Part shown: in pieces, positions 60,309 to 64,000 of the stretch
Layout of the letters: each line of letters opens with the position of its first letter
How positions within the stretch are numbered: position 1 is the stretch's first letter
NCBI GenBank assembly: GCA_044223005.1
Contig: JBGAML010000007.1
Span: 64,001 to 128,000, forward strand
Reading direction: 5' to 3'
DNA length: 64,000 nucleotides
Source: Candidatus Eiseniibacteriota bacterium
GTDB lineage: Bacteria; Eisenbacteria; RBG-16-71-46
Position numbers and translations under genes: made by a program
The notes under the pieces: generated by a model
The model's database searches: none
What the model was told of the DNA's origin: nothing
What the model saw: the letters and a program-made list of their open reading frames with translations, nothing else

Positions 60309-61412
60309 GTGGCCGACCTCGTCCTCGACTATCCCGGTTCCGGCGTGCGCTCGCGCGTGCGCATCGCGCGCGGATCGCTCACGCGCCTCGGCGCGTTCGT
60401 GCGCGCCGCGACGGGAGCGAGCCACGTCGTGCTCGTCACCGACACCCGCGTCGCGCCGCTCTGGGGCGAGCCCGCCCGCCGCGCGCTGCGCGCGGCCGGG
60501 ATCGCGTCCGAACTCGCGGTGGTGCCCGCTGGTGAGACGAGCAAGCGCGCCGAGCACCTCGTGCGGCTCTGGCGGCGGTTCGCCGACGCGCGGCTCGACC
60601 GAGCCGGCGCCGTGGTCGCGCTGGGCGGCGGCGTGGTCGGCGACCTCGCCGGCTTCGCGGCGGCCACATGGCTGCGCGGCGTCGCGTGGGTCGGCGTCCC
60701 GACCACCGTCGTGGCGCAGGTCGACAGCAGCATCGGTGGCAAGACCGCGATCGACCTGCCCGAGGGCAAGAACCTGGTCGGCGCGTTCCACCAGCCCGCC
60801 GGCGTGCTCGTGGACCCCGACACGCTCGCGACCCTGCCGCGCCGCCACGTGCGCGCCGGGCTCGCCGAAGTGATCAAGAAGGGCTTCGCCGTCGACGCGC
60901 CGCTCTTCGCCTGGTGCGAACGCGAGGCGGATGCGCTCGCGGCCGGCGCGCCCGAGGCGCTCGCCGGCGCGGTCGCGCGCGCGATCCGCGCCAAGGCGCG
61001 CGTCGTCCGTGCCGACGAGCGCGAGCGCGAGGGCGGCGTGCGCACGGCGCTCAACTTCGGCCACACGCTCGGACATGCGATCGAAGCCGCACGAAGCTAC
61101 CGTGGCATCCTGCACGGTGAAGCCGTGGCGATCGGCATGCGCGCGGCGGCCGACCTGAGCGAATCCGTGGCCGGCCTGCCCCGGGGCGAGCGGGTGCGAC
61201 TCGAAGCGCTGCTCGACCATGTGGGATTGCCCGTGGTCATGCCGCCCACTCCGGCACGGGCGCTGCTTGCGGCCATGGCGAACGACAAGAAGCGCGCGCG
61301 GGGCGAAGTCCGCTGGGTGTTGACGCCCACAATCGGACTTGCTAGCGTGCCGCGCGCTGTCCCGAACCCGCTCGTGCGTGCCGCGTTGCGGCGCGCGGGC
61401 GCGCGCGGCTGA
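60309..61412 (+). CDS. aroB: 3-dehydroquinate synthase
   Basis: GETSK, LGGGVVGD, DSSIGGK, KNLVGAFHQP, LNFGHT, HGEAV. Confidence 0.96.
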   Translation: MADLVLDYPGSGVRSRVRIARGSLTRLGAFVRAATGASHVVLVTDTRVAPLWGEPARRALRAAGIASELAVVPAGETSKRAEHLVRLWRRFADARLDRAGAVVALGGGVVGDLAGFAAATWLRGVAWVGVPTTVVAQVDSSIGGKTAIDLPEGKNLVGAFHQPAGVLVDPDTLATLPRRHVRAGLAEVIKKGFAVDAPLFAWCEREADALAAGAPEALAGAVARAIRAKARVVRADEREREGGVRTALNFGHTLGHAIEAARSYRGILHGEAVAIGMRAAADLSESVAGLPRGERVRLEALLDHVGLPVVMPPTPARALLAAMANDKKRARGEVRWVLTPTIGLASVPRAVPNPLVRAALRRAGARG

Positions 61413-61429
61413 GCCCGGAGAGGAGAGCG

Positions 61430-61882
61430 GTGACACCACGCATCCTGGTCCTCCACGGGCCCAACCTGAGCGCACTCGGCACCCGCGAGCCCGACGTGTA
61501 CGGCCGCGTCGCGCTGTCCGACGTCGACGAACGCCTCCGGGCGCTCGGCCGCGAGCTCGGCTGCGAAGTCGAGTGCCGGCAGAGCGAGCACGAAGGTGTC
61601 CTGATCGATGCCCTCTACCAGGCGCGCGGTCGCTTCGAAGGAGTCCTGATCAACCCGGGTGGGCTTACCCACACGAGCGTCGCGTTGCGCGACGCGATCC
61701 GGGGCGCCGGACTCCCGACGGTCGAGGTCCACGTGTCCAATCCGCATACGCGGGAAGCATTCCGTCACACCTCCCTGGTCTCGGGCGTCGCACTGGCGGC
61801 CGTCCAGGGCTTCGGTCCCGACAGCTACCTCCTCGCCCTGCGCGGCCTCGTCGCGCACCTGCGCCATGGCCAGCCCGCGTAA
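61430..61882 (+). CDS. aroQ: Type II 3-dehydroquinate dehydratase
   Basis: [32 protein letters not shown]. Confidence 0.96.
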   Translation: MTPRILVLHGPNLSALGTREPDVYGRVALSDVDERLRALGRELGCEVECRQSEHEGVLIDALYQARGRFEGVLINPGGLTHTSVALRDAIRGAGLPTVEVHVSNPHTREAFRHTSLVSGVALAAVQGFGPDSYLLALRGLVAHLRHGQPA

Positions 61883-62444
61883 GCGCGCAGCGGCACCCGC
61901 CGCCAAGTCCGCCCGCGCCGCGAAGGCACCGGCCGCGAAGGCGCCCGCCGCGAAGGCCGCGCCGGCCGCGGCCGCGGCCGGGTTCGACCTGCAGGAGCTC
62001 AAGGCGCTGATCCGGCTCGTCCAGCGAACGGGCATCGGCGAACTCGAGCTCACGAACGAAGGCCGCGCCGTGCGCATCTCGGCGACCGCGGCCGCGGGAG
62101 CCGTCGGCATGGTGCCCATGGCCGCTGCGGCGGCGCCACTGGCCCGCGCGGCCGCGCCCGCGGAGGCTCCGGCCGCCGCGCCCGCGCCCGCACCGAGCGG
62201 CAACCAGAAGGCGGTCACCTCGCCCATGGTCGGCACGTTCTACCGCGCGCCCGCTCCGGACGCCGATCCGTTCGTCGAGGTCGGCGACATCGTCGAGGTC
62301 GGGCAGACGGTCTGCATCATCGAAGCGATGAAGCTGATGAACGAGATCGAAGCGGAAATGCGGGGCCGCGTCGTCCAGATCCTGGCCGAGAACGCGCAGC
62401 CCGTGGAGTTCGGGCAGAAGCTCGTCCTGATCGAGCCGGCGTGA
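61866..62444 (+). CDS. accB: Biotin carboxyl carrier protein with basic Ala/Lys N-terminal extension
   Basis: [17 protein letters not shown]. Confidence 0.93.
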   Translation: MASPRKRAAAPAAKSARAAKAPAAKAPAAKAAPAAAAAGFDLQELKALIRLVQRTGIGELELTNEGRAVRISATAAAGAVGMVPMAAAAAPLARAAAPAEAPAAAPAPAPSGNQKAVTSPMVGTFYRAPAPDADPFVEVGDIVEVGQTVCIIEAMKLMNEIEAEMRGRVVQILAENAQPVEFGQKLVLIEPA

Positions 62445-62496
62445 TCGTCCGGCGCACCGACCGCGCGGGGTCGTCCGCCCGCCGAGCGAGGGTCCG

Positions 62497-63681
62497 ATGA
62501 ACATCCGCAGCGTGCTGGAGAAGATGATCGCCGCGAGGGCGAGCGACCTGCACCTCAAGGCCGGGACGCCGCCCGTCGTGCGCGTGGACGGCGTGCTCTA
62601 CACGCTCGACGAGCCGGCACCGACCGCGCAGGACCTGCGCGAGGTGAGCAACCAGCTCCTCAACGAGGACCAGCGCGTCTACTTCTCCTCCCACAGCGAG
62701 ATCGACTTCGCATTCGGCGTCGCGGGCCTGGCCCGCTTCCGCGCCAACGTCTTCATGCAGCGCGGTACGCCGGCGCTCGCGCTCCGGCACGTGCCCGTCG
62801 AGGTCCCGACGCTGGACGACCTCGGCCTGCCGCCGGTCGTGCGCGACCTGGCGTTCTCGCCCCGCGGTCTGGTGCTGGTCACGGGCCGCACGGGCTCGGG
62901 CAAGTCGACGTCGCTGGCCGCGATGATCGACACGATCAACCGCACCACGACGCGCAACGTGATCACGGTCGAGGACCCGATCGAGTTCCTCCACCGCGAC
63001 CGGCTGTCGTTCATCCACCAGCGCGAGGTCGGTCTCGACACGCAGTCGTTCCACGACGGCCTGCGCTACGTGCTCCGCCAGGATCCCGACATCATCCTGA
63101 TCGGCGAGATCCGCAACCTCGAGACCATGAGCACCGCGCTCATGGCCGCCGACACGGGGCATCTCGTGATGAGCACGCTGCACACGACGGACGTCGTGCA
63201 GAGCATCCAGCGCATCATCTCGTTCTACCCGCCGCACCAGCACGACGAGATCCGCATGTCGTTGGCCGCGAACCTGCGCGCCGTGATCTCGCAGCGCCTG
63301 ATCCCGCGGCGCGACGGCGCCGGCCGCGTGCCCGCCTGCGAGGTGATGGTGAGCACGCCGACGATCCGCGAGTACATCCTGAACGCCGACAAGCTGCCGC
63401 TGATCCATTCGGTGGTCGGCGAGGGCGTGACGCAGTACGGCATGCAGACGTTCGACCAGTCGGTGCTCGCGCTGCTGCGCGAGGGCCTCATCACCGAGGA
63501 AGAGGCGCTCCGGAACTGCAACAACCCGAACGAGCTCAGTCTCAAGCTCAAGGGCATCTCCGCCACCAGCGACCGCACGTGGCAGGCGGTCGAAACCGGT
63601 TCGAGTGAGAAGTCGTCGGGAACGCCGGCCGCCTCCGCGGCCAGCGGCCCGCGGTCGCCGGACTGGATGTCCCGCGAATAG
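62497..63681 (+). CDS. pilT: PilT/PilU family type IV pilus retraction ATPase
   Basis: ASDLH, GRTGSGKS, EDPIE, LRQDPD..GEIR, TGHLV.STLH, GMQTFDQ. Confidence 0.92.
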   Translation: MNIRSVLEKMIAARASDLHLKAGTPPVVRVDGVLYTLDEPAPTAQDLREVSNQLLNEDQRVYFSSHSEIDFAFGVAGLARFRANVFMQRGTPALALRHVPVEVPTLDDLGLPPVVRDLAFSPRGLVLVTGRTGSGKSTSLAAMIDTINRTTTRNVITVEDPIEFLHRDRLSFIHQREVGLDTQSFHDGLRYVLRQDPDIILIGEIRNLETMSTALMAADTGHLVMSTLHTTDVVQSIQRIISFYPPHQHDEIRMSLAANLRAVISQRLIPRRDGAGRVPACEVMVSTPTIREYILNADKLPLIHSVVGEGVTQYGMQTFDQSVLALLREGLITEEEALRNCNNPNELSLKLKGISATSDRTWQAVETGSSEKSSGTPAASAASGPRSPDWMSRE

Positions 63682-63705
63682 CTCCAGGAGCCTCCCGAGC
63701 CGCCC

Positions 63706-64000
63706 ATGTTCAAGAAAGTCCTGATCGCCAATCGCGGCGAGATCGCGCTGCGTGTCATCCGCGCCTGCCGCGAACTCGACGTCGCCACCGTGGCCGTCTT
63801 CAGCGAGGCCGACCGTGACAGCCTGCACGTGCGGCTGGCCGACGAGTCGGTCTGCATCGGCCCGCCGCCGCCGGCGCAGTCGTACAACTACATCGCGCGG
63901 CTGATCTCGGCGGCCGAGGTGACCGGCGCGGACGCGATCCATCCCGGCTACGGGTTCCTGTCCGAGAACGCGCACTTCGTCGAAGTCTGCGAGTCGTGCG
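63706..64000 (+). CDS. accC: Biotin carboxylase, 5' part
   Basis: Manual translation [32 protein letters not shown]. Confidence 0.96.
   Translation, partial: MFKKVLIANRGEIALRVIRACRELDVATVAVFSEADRDSLHVRLADESVCIGPPPPAQSYNYIARLISAAEVTGADAIHPGYGFLSENAHFVEVCESC

Overview
Very GC-rich (roughly 70-75% by eye), gene-dense chromosomal segment of a diderm bacterium. It has ADP-heptose genes, outer-membrane barrels and secreted proteins with C-terminal FlgD-Ig-like domains; this style suggests an FCB-related lineage such as Ca. Eisenbacteria, which is inference only. About 56 plausible CDS; most other ORFs in the track are GC-rich shadow frames. 1-42.5 kb is accessory or metabolic: amt, an aminotransferase plus an atypical transketolase, TMEM175, PLD, murJ, secreted multidomain proteins, c-type cytochromes, comM, a tandem pair of UshA-like CGC-motif proteins (one tetrahaem), a hybrid kinase, two redoxins lacking the catalytic Cys, rfaE1/rfaE2, AraC/TetR regulators and nhaD. 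43-64 kb is core: sucCD-ndk, yceD-rpmF-plsX-fabHDG-acpP-fabF-rnc, an NtrC-type regulator, TPR-ECF sigma-antisigma-HtrA-aroB-aroQ-accB-pilT-accC. No rRNA, tRNA, CRISPR, transposase or phage genes were seen. Best candidate novelties: (1) an unannotated ~186-nt structured sRNA with a sigma54 promoter, three palindromic enhancer-like sites and a terminator, directly behind the NtrC-family gene; (2) an RNase III with RNase E-like amphipathic, Arg-rich and acidic disordered extensions and no nearby canonical start; (3) a ~151-bp tripartite intergenic element with terminal inverted repeats, present twice in inverted orientation upstream of amt and of the hybrid kinase. All calls come from manual reading; no searches or folding were run.
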